63,668 nucleotides of DNA from Burkholderiales bacterium. GTDB lineage: Bacteria; Pseudomonadota; Gammaproteobacteria; Burkholderiales; Burkholderiaceae_C. The notes beneath the pieces were generated by a model. The model was not told the DNA's origin, searched no databases, and worked only from the letters and a program-made list of their open reading frames with translations. Made by a program: the position numbers and the translations under genes. Below are positions 8,944 to 18,076 of the stretch, in pieces (within the stretch, counting starts at the first letter, position 1; every line of letters begins with the position of its first letter). The DNA is taken from assembly GCA_031404155.1 (NCBI GenBank), contig JANNGZ010000009.1:1-63668 (forward strand), written 5' to 3'.

Positions 8944-10569
8944 TCAAATCGTGTAGACAACCGAGAAATGGGCCCGCGCGTCGTTCTTGCGGGTACGTAC
9001 CGCGTCGCGCAGCGCACCGGCAAGGGCCAGCCGCGCTTGCAGCCTGCCCCATTCAAAGCGGGAGCCGATCCCCAAGGACGCGAGCGAGCACCGCGCAGAG
9101 GTGCCCAGGCAAGGTGTGCCGAAGTGGTTGAAAGCCTGGCCGGCATCGGCGAAGGCGAAAATCCGCAGCACCCGGTCGGCCGGCCCGACCAGCGGCATCA
9201 GGTTCGGGCCGGTCAGTTCGACCGACACCAGCAAGCCTTGATCGCCCAGGACTTCGCGTTCTTGGTAGCCGCGCACGGAGTTAACACCGCCGATGCCGTA
9301 CTGCTCGCCGGGAACCAGCGCATCGGCGCTGAACTGACCCGCGAAACGCACGCGCAGGTCCCACGCCTCGGCCACCGCCATGCTGGCGAACGCGCCGTAG
9401 TGCAGCGCCGTGTAGCGCACCCTGGCGTCGGGCCGCACCGCCGCGAAGCTGGCGGCGTCGGAATAGCGACCGCCGAGTTTCAGGTTGGTCTGCAAGGACG
9501 CCGACAGCCCGAACGCGGGCGCCCCGCCTGACTGCAGGCTGTAGCCCAACGACAAGGGCTGCACCGACACGCTGGCGCCGGCTGTGCCGCAAGCACCCGC
9601 AGGCAGCCCGGCGATGCCGCAGCGGTTGAGGTATTCGCGGTTGTCCACACCGAGCGAAACGCGCTGGTCGGCTTCGCCAACACGGGGCAGATACCAGGTC
9701 CCGCGCACGCCAGCGATGCGGCCGTTGCCGTTGAAGCGCAAGTCACCCGCGGCCGTGGGGACGGACCCGCCGTCGACATCCGAGTAGGCGGCAAAGGCGT
9801 CGACCACCATCAGCTGCTTGTAGCGCGGAAAGCGGTATCCGGCGCTGAGGACCCGGACCCGGTCGGGTTGTGTGGGTGAGGTCTGGAACTGCGCCGTGAA
9901 CACGTCGTCGTGCCCGCTCAGGTTGGCGTGTTGCCAGGCGACGCTGGCGCGGTACTCTCCCGTGCCGCTGGTGCCCGTGTTGTCCAGGGCCAGCGTCACG
10001 TGCCGCAGCGACCCTTCCTGCACCGTCACCTCGGCTTCGGTCTCACCGGGGCCGCTTCCGGGTTTGAGCAGTACGCGCACCCGCTTGGACGGGTTCTCGT
10101 TGGAGATCTGCATCTGGGCGTCGATCCTGCGCATGCGCGGCGTGGCACCAACGACCAGATCGGGCAGGCTCGCCCGGATGTTGGCTTCGTTGAAAACCTG
10201 CGCGCCACGAACATTCACGGCCGAAACCCGGCCCTCCACCACCACCAGCGAGATGACGCCGTCGCTGCGGGTTTGCGGCGGCACGTAGGCGACCACGCCG
10301 CCATAGCCCATGTCGACGTAGAGCCGCTGCACCGCCCGAGCCGCTGCGCCAAGTTCCTCCAGGGTGCGCCGCCCTTTGAACGGTGCCAGCGCGCGCTCGA
10401 TCGCCTCAGCGGTCACCAGCGTGTTGCCGCTGACCTGGAATGCGGTGACCTCGACCGACGCGGGTGTTGCGGCGTCGGCAGCGTAGGCTGGCGACCCGCC
10501 GGCGATGGCAAGCACCAGGACGATCGACGCTGCGGCTCGCCGGCCGCGTACCAACGCCTCAATTGCCAT
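8944..10569 (-). CDS. TpsB outer-membrane transporter (ShlB/FhaC/HecB family)
   Basis: 541 aa. Signal peptide (..GGSPAYA|AD), a POTRA-like N-terminus (F.VSGNTLV....IE.AL.PF.GR..TLEEL..A...V...Y...GY) and a C-terminal beta-barrel with alternating aromatic pattern ending ..AHFSVVYTI. It lies 57 bp upstream of the TpsA gene. Confidence 0.85.
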   Translation of the reverse strand: MAIEALVRGRRAAASIVLVLAIAGGSPAYAADAATPASVEVTAFQVSGNTLVTAEAIERALAPFKGRRTLEELGAAARAVQRLYVDMGYGGVVAYVPPQTRSDGVISLVVVEGRVSAVNVRGAQVFNEANIRASLPDLVVGATPRMRRIDAQMQISNENPSKRVRVLLKPGSGPGETEAEVTVQEGSLRHVTLALDNTGTSGTGEYRASVAWQHANLSGHDDVFTAQFQTSPTQPDRVRVLSAGYRFPRYKQLMVVDAFAAYSDVDGGSVPTAAGDLRFNGNGRIAGVRGTWYLPRVGEADQRVSLGVDNREYLNRCGIAGLPAGACGTAGASVSVQPLSLGYSLQSGGAPAFGLSASLQTNLKLGGRYSDAASFAAVRPDARVRYTALHYGAFASMAVAEAWDLRVRFAGQFSADALVPGEQYGIGGVNSVRGYQEREVLGDQGLLVSVELTGPNLMPLVGPADRVLRIFAFADAGQAFNHFGTPCLGTSARCSLASLGIGSRFEWGRLQARLALAGALRDAVRTRKNDARAHFSVVYTI

Positions 10570-10827
10570 TGTCAGCGCCTCCGTGGCGACCGGTCACAGT
10601 CGCGTACCCCGCGTTTGTCGTTGTCATGCCGCACTCAAAGCCCCCGCGTCTTGTCCTGAGGACGACAGCGCAATCTACGCCACCGGACTTCGAACCAACA
10701 ACGGGTTTTCCGCCCGTAACTTCAGCTTAGGGGGAAGTAGGTGCCTGGCGGTGACCTCGGCGATGCGCGCTTGTCCAAGCCCCAACGAGCCGCGCGCCGC
10801 GTGGCCGGGCGTGTCCGGCCGCCGGCG

Positions 10828-12666
10828 TCAGCGAACCACTTCGACGGTGAAGCGCGCCGCGCCGTAGACGTCGCAGTTCGCGCCCACGCAATCGGCCTTA
10901 CCGGCCAGGGCCGAACCATTGCCGGCATGGGCGCGCGCCACCGTGAGCGTCGAGTCACCGGTATCGATCTTCAGGAACCCGTATGCGCTGACGACGGTAT
11001 GGCCAAAGCCGGAGAAGTCCCGCTCGTGCTCGGAAACGATCACGATCACCTGCGCAATGCCGATCGGCTCGGCCGCGACGATCGCCCAACTGGGTTGCGG
11101 CAATGCCAGGGTCTGCCCCGCCGCGATCCGGTTCTGGCTCGACTTGCCGTTGGGGAACATGCGGTACAGCGATCCGTCGGGGTCGTTCCAAAGTACGTAG
11201 ACAAATCCGGCCCGGCTGGACGTGACGGTGAAGGCCAGCTTGTCCTTGTCGATGCGCAGCAGCGTCCTGCGCGCGCTCGCCTCGACGCTGAAGCCTGCAG
11301 TCTGGGCGCCGACGATGCGGTCGAACTCGTCGGGCACCGAGAGCGGCCGCGCTGCGGCAGGCGTCACGGCGGCGGGCGGCACGGGCGCGGGGACAGCGAC
11401 CCTGCCCGGCAACGCCGCGTCCTGACCGCGCGTGGAGGCGTCCGGCGCAGGCCGAATGACGGTTGAACCCGTGGGCGGCCCGGCACCCGGGCGCAAAGCC
11501 AGAAACGCCGCGAGTCCCGCGACCGCGAGTGCGCTCGCGCCGACGCCGAACCAGATGCGCCCGCGGCCCTTGCCCGTGGCGCCAGCGCCGTTGTTTGCAG
11601 CACGGCGGCTGGCCGCGTCGCCGGGGCGAGGCGCGTTCGGTTCGCCGATGAGCGTCGAATCGAAGAACGATGCCGGAAGCGTCTCCAGGCCTTCGGCCAC
11701 ATGCACCGCCAGGCCGAGTTCCGCACGCAGGTCATTGATGGTCCGGGTGCGATCCTCGGGCTTGACGCGCAGTGCACGGTCGATCGCGCGCAGGAAAGGG
11801 TCGCTGTAGCGCCTCGCAGCCAGCTCCGCCAGCGGCACATAGGTGTCGCTCAGCATGCGGCCCACGGCCGTCGGTGGCGTCTTGCCCGCGATCGCGAAGT
11901 ACACGCAGGCGGCGAGCGCGTAGACATCGGTCCACGGGCCCTGTTTCATGCTGTCGACCTCGGCGTACTGCTCCACCGGCGCGTAGCCGGGCTTCAGGAT
12001 CACGGTGAGCGCCTGGGTCATGTCGCCGATCACGCGCCGCGCGGCGCCGAAGTCCAGCAGCAAGGGGCGCCCCGAGCCCTCCAGCAGGATCACGTTGTCC
12101 GGCGCGATGTCACGGTGGAAGCAGCTCTCGGCATGGATCACGTTGAGCGCCTCGGTCAGCGGCCCGAGGATGCCCATGAGCCAGCTCTCGTCCGGCGGGC
12201 CTGCGGACTCGCGCAGCTTGTCCTTCAGGGTGATGCCCTGGTAGAAGGGCATCACCATGTACGCGGTACCGTTGGCCTCCCAGAAACGGTAGACCTTGAC
12301 CAGCGCCGGGTGGTCGAACTGCGCCAGCAAGCGCGCTTCATTGACAAAGCTTCTCAGGCCGGCCGTGAAAGTCTCGCGATGCCGCTCCGACTTCACCACC
12401 ACCTGCGAGCCCCCGGTGCGCGCCGCGAGCGCCGAGGGCATGTACTCCTTGAGCGCGACGCGGCGGCCGAGCGAAAGGTCCATCGCCAGGTACACGATGC
12501 CGAATCCGCCTTCGCCCAGCACACGCGTGAGTTCGAACTCGGCAAGCCTGGTGCCCTCGGGCAGGGCGTTGCGATAGTCGATCGTCGGGGCGGCAGCGGC
12601 GGGCAGCGGCGGGCCGCTGTGTGCTGCTGGGCGGATCAGCGTGCGGTCGTCGTCGTCAGTGCTCAT
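10828..12666 (-). CDS. transmembrane Hanks-type Ser/Thr protein kinase with C-terminal DUF4384-like periplasmic domain
   Basis: LGEGGFGIVY..VALKEY (G-loop/Lys), HRDIAPDNVIL, DFGAAR and GYAPVEQY. One TM helix (IWFGVGASALAVAGLAAFLAL). The C-terminus (KLAFTVTSSRAGFVYVLWNDPDGSLYRMFPN......RIAAGQTLALP......AAEPIGIAQVIVIVSE) fits the DUF4384 pattern. Confidence 0.9.
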   Translation of the reverse strand: MSTDDDDRTLIRPAAHSGPPLPAAAAPTIDYRNALPEGTRLAEFELTRVLGEGGFGIVYLAMDLSLGRRVALKEYMPSALAARTGGSQVVVKSERHRETFTAGLRSFVNEARLLAQFDHPALVKVYRFWEANGTAYMVMPFYQGITLKDKLRESAGPPDESWLMGILGPLTEALNVIHAESCFHRDIAPDNVILLEGSGRPLLLDFGAARRVIGDMTQALTVILKPGYAPVEQYAEVDSMKQGPWTDVYALAACVYFAIAGKTPPTAVGRMLSDTYVPLAELAARRYSDPFLRAIDRALRVKPEDRTRTINDLRAELGLAVHVAEGLETLPASFFDSTLIGEPNAPRPGDAASRRAANNGAGATGKGRGRIWFGVGASALAVAGLAAFLALRPGAGPPTGSTVIRPAPDASTRGQDAALPGRVAVPAPVPPAAVTPAAARPLSVPDEFDRIVGAQTAGFSVEASARRTLLRIDKDKLAFTVTSSRAGFVYVLWNDPDGSLYRMFPNGKSSQNRIAAGQTLALPQPSWAIVAAEPIGIAQVIVIVSEHERDFSGFGHTVVSAYGFLKIDTGDSTLTVARAHAGNGSALAGKADCVGANCDVYGAARFTVEVVR

Positions 12667-13178
12667 CGAAATCGGTCACGCTCTTGTCCGAACCAACGTT
12701 TCAGGATTGTGGCCTACCGCTGCGCGGCAAACGCTCGGCGCACCGAGCGGTACCGAGACGAGATGCGTGCGATCCGGTTTGGCGCGCGGCAGCTGCGCCG
12801 TGCGCGACAGTGGCATCGACAGGGACGTGCTTGCAGGGTGGCGATGGCGAGCCTGCGATGAATGTCGAAGGGCGCCTTCGATCGAGCCCGGCGTCACCCC
12901 CCTAGTTCGAATCACTGACCGGCAGCCACGGTGAGGAAGCCTTGCGGGGTGCCTCGGCCAGCGAGTGTTTGCCCTGTCGTGCGATCAATATCGATTCAAG
13001 TAGATTCGGCGCATGTCGTGTGTTAGCTTGAGACGTCGCCTCGGTGCCTCAACCAAACTGCTGCGGGCATGCGTGGCCTCGGCAAGGGCTGCCAAGATCG
13101 CCATCTCGCTCGTAGCGCACGGCCGGTGTATCGATCGCGTTCCGGAAGAATTCAGCCAATGACGCAGAAGAGGAAGCC
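12667..13178. promoter_or_regulatory. divergent intergenic region between the kinase gene and tssB; presumed T6SS promoter/operator region
   Basis: 512 bp non-coding, with a locally A+T-richer stretch (about 12970-13030) and a 7-bp-stem hairpin TCGAAGG-gcg-CCTTCGA (12865-12881). No consensus promoter could be assigned by eye. Confidence 0.3.
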
Positions 13179-13685
13179 ATGAACAGTGTTCACGAAAAGC
13201 TCGCACGTGTCCGCAAACCTCGCGTGCATATCACTTACGACGTCGAAACCGAAGGTGCGGCGGTGACGCGCGAATTGCCCTTTGTCGTGGGTGTCTTGGG
13301 CGACTACGCAGGCGACCCCACGGAGCCGATCAAGCCCCTGGCGGAGCGGAAGTTCGTCCAGATCGACCGCGACAACTTCAACGACGTGATGGCGCGCGTG
13401 GCGCCCGGCTTGCGTCTGAAGGTGGACAACACGCTGGCGGGAGACGGTTCACAGATGGCCGTGGACCTGAAGTTCAAATCGATGGCGGACTTCGACCCGG
13501 CCAAGGTGGCAGAGCAGGTGCCCGCCCTGAAGGCGATGCTCGAAACGCGCTCTCGCCTGCGCGACCTGGTCAGCAAGGCCGACCTGTCCGAAGAACTCGA
13601 AAGCCTGCTCGAGCAGGTGCTGCAGGACAAATCGAAGCTGGACGCGCTGTCCGCCGAACTCGGCATCAAGAAGCAAGAGGGCTGA
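13179..13685 (+). CDS. tssB: T6SS contractile sheath small subunit TssB (VipA/ImpB)
   Basis: 168 aa. [11 protein letters not shown]...[13 protein letters not shown] is a canonical TssB signature. Confidence 0.95.
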   Translation: MNSVHEKLARVRKPRVHITYDVETEGAAVTRELPFVVGVLGDYAGDPTEPIKPLAERKFVQIDRDNFNDVMARVAPGLRLKVDNTLAGDGSQMAVDLKFKSMADFDPAKVAEQVPALKAMLETRSRLRDLVSKADLSEELESLLEQVLQDKSKLDALSAELGIKKQEG

Positions 13686-13689
13686 ACCC

Positions 13690-15192
13690 ATGAGTGCGAC
13701 CAAAGCCAAAGGTGGTGACGCGTCCGTCGTCACCACCACCACCACCGAAGGCGGCCTGGGTCTGCTCGACCAGGTGATCGGCGCCACGAAGCAGACCGAG
13801 CGCGACCGCGCCGAAGAGCTGATCCGCGCGCTGACCGAAGAGGCGCTGAAGGGGACCGTCACCTTCAGCCGCAATCTGGTGGTCACCTTCGACCGCGCCA
13901 TTGCCGAGATCGACCGCAAGGTGTCCGAGCAACTCAACGCGATCATGCACAACGAGCGTTTCCTCAAGCTCGAAGGCAGCTGGCGCGGGCTGAGCTACCT
14001 CGTGATGAACAGCGAGACCGGCACCAGCCTGAAGATCCGGATGCTGCAACTGCCGAAAAAGGAGATGGCCAGGGATCTGCAGAAGGCGGTTGAGTTCGAC
14101 CAAAGCCAGCTCTTCAAGAAGATCTACGAGAACGAATTCGGCACGCCGGGCGGCGAGCCCTACGGCGCGCTGATCGGGGATTACGAGTGGACGGCCCACC
14201 CCGACGACGTCGAGACGCTGCGCCTGGTCTCCAACGTGGCGGCCGGCGCATTCGCGCCCTTCATCTCCGGCGTCGGCGCCGGCATGTTCGGCTTCGATAA
14301 CTGGAGCGAGCTGTCCAAGCCGCGCGACCTGGCCAAGATCTTCGAGACGGCCGAGTACACCAAGTGGCGCGGCTTCCGCGAAACCGAGGACTCGCGCTTC
14401 GTCAACCTGGTCATGCCGCGGGTGATCTCGCGCGTGCCCTACGGTGCTGCGACCAAGGCGGTCGAGGAATTCAGCTACGAGGAAGCGCCGGTCAACACAG
14501 ACGGCTCTGCCAAGGCGATGGATCACGACCACTACTGCTGGATGAATGCGGCCTACGTGATGGGCACCCGGCTGACGGACGCCTTCGCCCAATACGGCTT
14601 CTGTACCGCGATCCGTGGCGCCGAAGGCGGCGGCAAAGTCAACGACCTGCCCACGCATACTTTCACCTCCGACGATGGTGACGGCGACGCCAAGTGCCCG
14701 ACCGAGATCGGCATCACCGACCGGCGCGAGGCCGAGTTGTCCAATCTCGGCTTCCTGCCCCTTTGCCACTACAAGAACACCGACTACGCGGTGTTCTTCG
14801 GCGCGCAGTCGGCGCAGGCACCGAAGAAGTACGACCGGCCCGACGCCACCGCGAATGCGGCCATCTCGGCACGCCTGCCCTACGTCATGGCCACGAGCAG
14901 GTTTGCGCACTTCCTGAAGGTCATGGCACGCGACAAGATCGGGTCGTTCATGGAAGCCTCGGACTGTGAGATCTGGCTCAACCGCTGGATTCAGAACTAC
15001 GTGAATCCGATGGAGGGCGGCGGGCAGGAATCGCGAGCCAAGTACCCCTTGCGCGAAGCCAAGGTCGAGGTCAAGGAAATCCCGGGGAAGCCCGGCTCCT
15101 ACAACGCAGTTGCCTATCTGCGCCCCTGGCTGCAGATGGAAGAGCTGACAACGTCGATGCGAATGGTGGCGCGTATTCCGCAGAAGTCCTGA
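13690..15192 (+). CDS. tssC: T6SS contractile sheath large subunit TssC (VipB/ImpC)
   Basis: 500 aa. [30 protein letters not shown] and [10 protein letters not shown]...PGKPG.Y.AV..LRP..Q.E. Confidence 0.95.
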   Translation: MSATKAKGGDASVVTTTTTEGGLGLLDQVIGATKQTERDRAEELIRALTEEALKGTVTFSRNLVVTFDRAIAEIDRKVSEQLNAIMHNERFLKLEGSWRGLSYLVMNSETGTSLKIRMLQLPKKEMARDLQKAVEFDQSQLFKKIYENEFGTPGGEPYGALIGDYEWTAHPDDVETLRLVSNVAAGAFAPFISGVGAGMFGFDNWSELSKPRDLAKIFETAEYTKWRGFRETEDSRFVNLVMPRVISRVPYGAATKAVEEFSYEEAPVNTDGSAKAMDHDHYCWMNAAYVMGTRLTDAFAQYGFCTAIRGAEGGGKVNDLPTHTFTSDDGDGDAKCPTEIGITDRREAELSNLGFLPLCHYKNTDYAVFFGAQSAQAPKKYDRPDATANAAISARLPYVMATSRFAHFLKVMARDKIGSFMEASDCEIWLNRWIQNYVNPMEGGGQESRAKYPLREAKVEVKEIPGKPGSYNAVAYLRPWLQMEELTTSMRMVARIPQKS

Positions 15193-15213
15193 GCTGCGGG
15201 GACGCCCCGCGCC

Positions 15214-16737
15214 ATGGTCGATGCGGGCAAAGAAACGCTCCGGGAAACGGTGCTTTCCGGGCGTTTGCTGAGCCACGCGTCCGCCGCCTCCGATCTCGCG
15301 GTGCTGGTGGCCTCTTCTGATGCCGCTACGCACTTGCGGCTGTGGTTCGGCGAAGGGTGGCTCGCCTCTCTGGCGGCGCAGGGCCAGCCCGCGGAAGTCC
15401 TGCGCGCTGCGGTCGACAGGGACATCACCGCCATCGACGCGCTGGTGTCGAGCCAGCTCGACGCGGTGCTTCACCATCCCCGGCTTCGTCGGCTTGAAGG
15501 GTCCTGGCGCGGGCTGGCGTGGCTCGCGGGCCGCGTGCCCCAAACCGGCACCCGCATCCGCCTGAAGCTGCTGCACGCGCGGTGGGCCGAGGTTTGCCGC
15601 GACATCGAGCGTGCGCTCGAGTTCGACCAGAGCCATCTCTTTCGCAAGATCCACGACGAGGAGTTCGGCATGGCGGGCGGCGCACCCTTCGGGCTCATCG
15701 CTGCCGACTATGAAATCCGGCACCGGTCGGCGCTTCATCATCCCACCGACGACGTCGGTGCCCTCTCGGGTTTGGCCGGCATTGCAGCAGCTGCCTTCTC
15801 GCCGATGATCATCGGCGCTTCGCCGGAGTTTTTGGGTCTGGACAGCTTCGCCAATGCGTCGCCGAGTTTCGACCCCACCGTCGCTATTCGGGGGCCCGAC
15901 CATCAGCGTTGGCGAAACGCGGCGGCGCGCGAGGACTTGCGATTCATCGGTATCGCCCTGCCTCGCGTGTTGGCTCGCGCGCCCTGGGTTGACGATGGCA
16001 GTCGCGTCGACCGATTTCGCTATCGCGGTTTCACCCCTGGCGTGGCGCAACGGGTCTGGACGAGCCCGGTCTACGGCTTCGCCGCCGTCGCCATCCGTGC
16101 CTTCGACCGCTATTCCTGGCCGGCGGAGGTGCGCGGCGCCGATATCTCGGACGAGGCCCAGGGCGGCGTGCTCGATGGCCTGCCGTTCGAGTGTTTCTAC
16201 TCCGATCTTGCGCATGAAGCGCCGGCCAGGGCACCCGTGGAAGTTGCGCTCACCGACCAGCAGGAAGACCAGATCAGCGAGGCCGGTCTGATTCCTTTGT
16301 CCGCGCTCGATGGTCTGTCCGAGGCCTGTTTTGGCGCTTTACCGTCCCTGCACCGGCCGCCCTCAATGTCCACCTCTGTGGCGCAAGCCAATCAGCGTCT
16401 GTCGGCTCAACTCAACACGATACTGTGTGTCAGTCGCTTTGCCCATTGCGTCAAGCTGATGGGGCGCGACATGGTCGGCAGCTACGCCGAAGCAGGCGAA
16501 GTGGAGACTCGGCTGCAGCGTTGGCTCAACGGCTTCGTCAGCGGCATCGGTTCCGGAGGCGCCGAGGTCACGGCCAAGTACCCCTTGCTGGAAGCCCGGG
16601 TGGAAGTACGCGAACGGTCCGGCCGTCCCGGCGTGTACAACTGCACCGTTCACCTCAAGCCGCACCACCAACTCGACGACATTGGTGCTTCGTTCAGGCT
16701 GGTGACCGAATTCGTACCGCGACAGGCCGCCGCCTGA
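15214..16737 (+). CDS. second, divergent TssC-family sheath paralog (ImpD/TssC40-like)
   Basis: 507 aa. It aligns by eye to the preceding TssC ([15 protein letters not shown]; EEFGMAGGAPFGLIAADYE; KYPLLEARVEVRERSGRPGVYNCTVHLKPHHQL) but is clearly diverged. Confidence 0.85.
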   Translation: MVDAGKETLRETVLSGRLLSHASAASDLAVLVASSDAATHLRLWFGEGWLASLAAQGQPAEVLRAAVDRDITAIDALVSSQLDAVLHHPRLRRLEGSWRGLAWLAGRVPQTGTRIRLKLLHARWAEVCRDIERALEFDQSHLFRKIHDEEFGMAGGAPFGLIAADYEIRHRSALHHPTDDVGALSGLAGIAAAAFSPMIIGASPEFLGLDSFANASPSFDPTVAIRGPDHQRWRNAAAREDLRFIGIALPRVLARAPWVDDGSRVDRFRYRGFTPGVAQRVWTSPVYGFAAVAIRAFDRYSWPAEVRGADISDEAQGGVLDGLPFECFYSDLAHEAPARAPVEVALTDQQEDQISEAGLIPLSALDGLSEACFGALPSLHRPPSMSTSVAQANQRLSAQLNTILCVSRFAHCVKLMGRDMVGSYAEAGEVETRLQRWLNGFVSGIGSGGAEVTAKYPLLEARVEVRERSGRPGVYNCTVHLKPHHQLDDIGASFRLVTEFVPRQAAA

Positions 16738-16763
16738 TCCAACTTGATGAAGGACGCCTACTC

Positions 16764-17567
16764 ATGACCACCGCTGGTGATGCCCTTCGCTCCGGCGATG
16801 TCGCCGCAGCCCTTGCCGCCGCCACCGCCGCCGTCAAGGCCGCACCCACCGACGCCGATGCACGGTGGCTCATGGCCGAACTCCTGCTCATCACGGGCGA
16901 AGCGGAGCGGGCCGATCGCATGCTCGACGCGGCGGCGCTGCACGAGCCCAACCCCGCGGTGCTCGAGTTCCGCAAGCTTCTCAGGGCCGAAGTGTTGCGA
17001 ACACAGGTTTTGCGTGAGGGCAGGGCGCCGAAGTACCAGGGTGACGATGCCACGCCGGCACAGAAGGCTGCGCTGCGTGCGCGCATGCTGCTGCGGCTGG
17101 GCGACGCAACCGGCGCCACCGAAGCTGCGGCAGAGGTCGAGACCCTGCGAGCGCGGGCGCCAGGCCGGCTGGAGGGCGCCGACGGCAGCGCGGTGCCCTT
17201 CGACGACCTGCGCGATGTCGATGATTTGCTGGCGGCAGAACTCGAAGTGCTGACCACCGCAGGCGACTACATGCTGGTGCCCGTCGAGCGGGTGCGCTCG
17301 CTTGCCTTCGATGCGCCACGGCGCAGCCGCGACCTCATCTGGCGTCGCTGCGCCATCGACCTCAAGGACGGCACCGAGGGTGTGGTCTACCTGCCGGCGA
17401 TCTACCTCGGCGCGGTGGCCGAGACCGACAACGCACTTCGGCTGGGCCGCGCAACCGAGTGGACCGATCCCGCCGAGGGGCCGGTGCGCGGACGAGGGCA
17501 GCGAGTGCTGTTGGTGGGAGACCAGGCGCTTGCGTTCACCGCGGTCGAGACAGTGGTCTTCGATTGA
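16764..17567 (+). CDS. tagJ: T6SS accessory protein TagJ (ImpE family, TPR-like N-terminus)
   Basis: I chose the internal ATG at 16764. The ImpE-like pattern is L..G....A........VKA.P.DA..R....ELL...GE.ERAD..LD... with C-terminal LEV.T..G.Y..VP...V..L.F..P.R.RDL.W. Confidence 0.8.
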   Translation: MTTAGDALRSGDVAAALAAATAAVKAAPTDADARWLMAELLLITGEAERADRMLDAAALHEPNPAVLEFRKLLRAEVLRTQVLREGRAPKYQGDDATPAQKAALRARMLLRLGDATGATEAAAEVETLRARAPGRLEGADGSAVPFDDLRDVDDLLAAELEVLTTAGDYMLVPVERVRSLAFDAPRRSRDLIWRRCAIDLKDGTEGVVYLPAIYLGAVAETDNALRLGRATEWTDPAEGPVRGRGQRVLLVGDQALAFTAVETVVFD

Positions 17568-18076
17568 GCCAAGCCGGTACAACGCCACCAGGTTCGCGCC
17601 ACGCGCCCAAGCGCGTTCGCCTGCCGCTGCTGGACCGGCTGCTGGATGCCGATCCGGATGCGCCGGAATTACCGCCTCCCTCGGCGGCCGAGGCGCTGGA
17701 GAAGCTGCACCTGGCTGTGCGCCGCGACCTCGAGTCCTTGCTCAACGCGCGCCGCCGCCGCCAACCGCTGCCGCCGCACCTGCCTGAACTGGCGAGTTCG
17801 CTTGTCAACTACGGCATCCCCGACCCCAGTTCGGGCGCCTACTCGGTGCCGGCGTTGCGCGCTGCGCTGGTGCGCGAGGTTGAAACAACGATCCGTCGTT
17901 ACGAGCCTCGTCTGACCCAGGTTTCGGTGTTGCTGGTGGGTGAGGACGACGAACTTGGCGGGACCCTGCGCATGAAGGTCGACGCGGTACTGCGGGCCGA
18001 CCCGGTGCCCGAGCCGGTGAGCTTCGAGACTTTGCTCGAACCGGTAACGCGCGACGTCACGGTACGTGAAACCTGA
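17564..18076 (+). CDS. tssE: T6SS baseplate protein TssE (gp25-like)
   Basis: LLDRLLD......L......A...L...V.RDLE.LLN.RR.......L..S...YGIPD........VE..I.RYEPRL. The start is uncertain. I propose the in-frame TTG at 17564, which overlaps the tagJ stop; the ORF is open from 17459. Confidence 0.75.
   Translation: MSQAGTTPPGSRHAPKRVRLPLLDRLLDADPDAPELPPPSAAEALEKLHLAVRRDLESLLNARRRRQPLPPHLPELASSLVNYGIPDPSSGAYSVPALRAALVREVETTIRRYEPRLTQVSVLLVGEDDELGGTLRMKVDAVLRADPVPEPVSFETLLEPVTRDVTVRET

Noticed and set aside
12811-12836. Sigma-54-like TGGCAT...TTGCA upstream of the T6SS
   Set aside because: The GG-to-GC spacing does not fit the -24/-12 consensus (GG-N10-GC). I treat it as a chance match.
12885-12915. 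tRNA-like T-loop motif (..TAGTTCGAATCAC..) in the kinase-tssB intergenic region
   Set aside because: The flanking 5-nt segments (CCTAG / CACTG) cannot pair as a T-stem, and no acceptor or anticodon arms can be drawn. It is not a tRNA.
13666-16215. 849-aa minus-strand ORF, and many similar long ORFs (e.g. 2884-4215 +, 1198-2088 -, 35762-37069 -, 36885-38813 -, 39098-40540 -, 40063-42204 +, 41990-43150 -, 48823-50706 +, 51296-53182 +, 45120-46196 -)
   Set aside because: These are antisense or alternate-frame shadow ORFs, typical of high-G+C DNA. Their translations are dominated by Arg/Ala/Gly/Pro/His with no motifs. Each overlaps a gene on the other strand or frame that has clear family signatures (TssC, TpsA, SDR, TssK, TssL, TssM, TagF-PppA, LeuC-like, Liv permeases, and so on).
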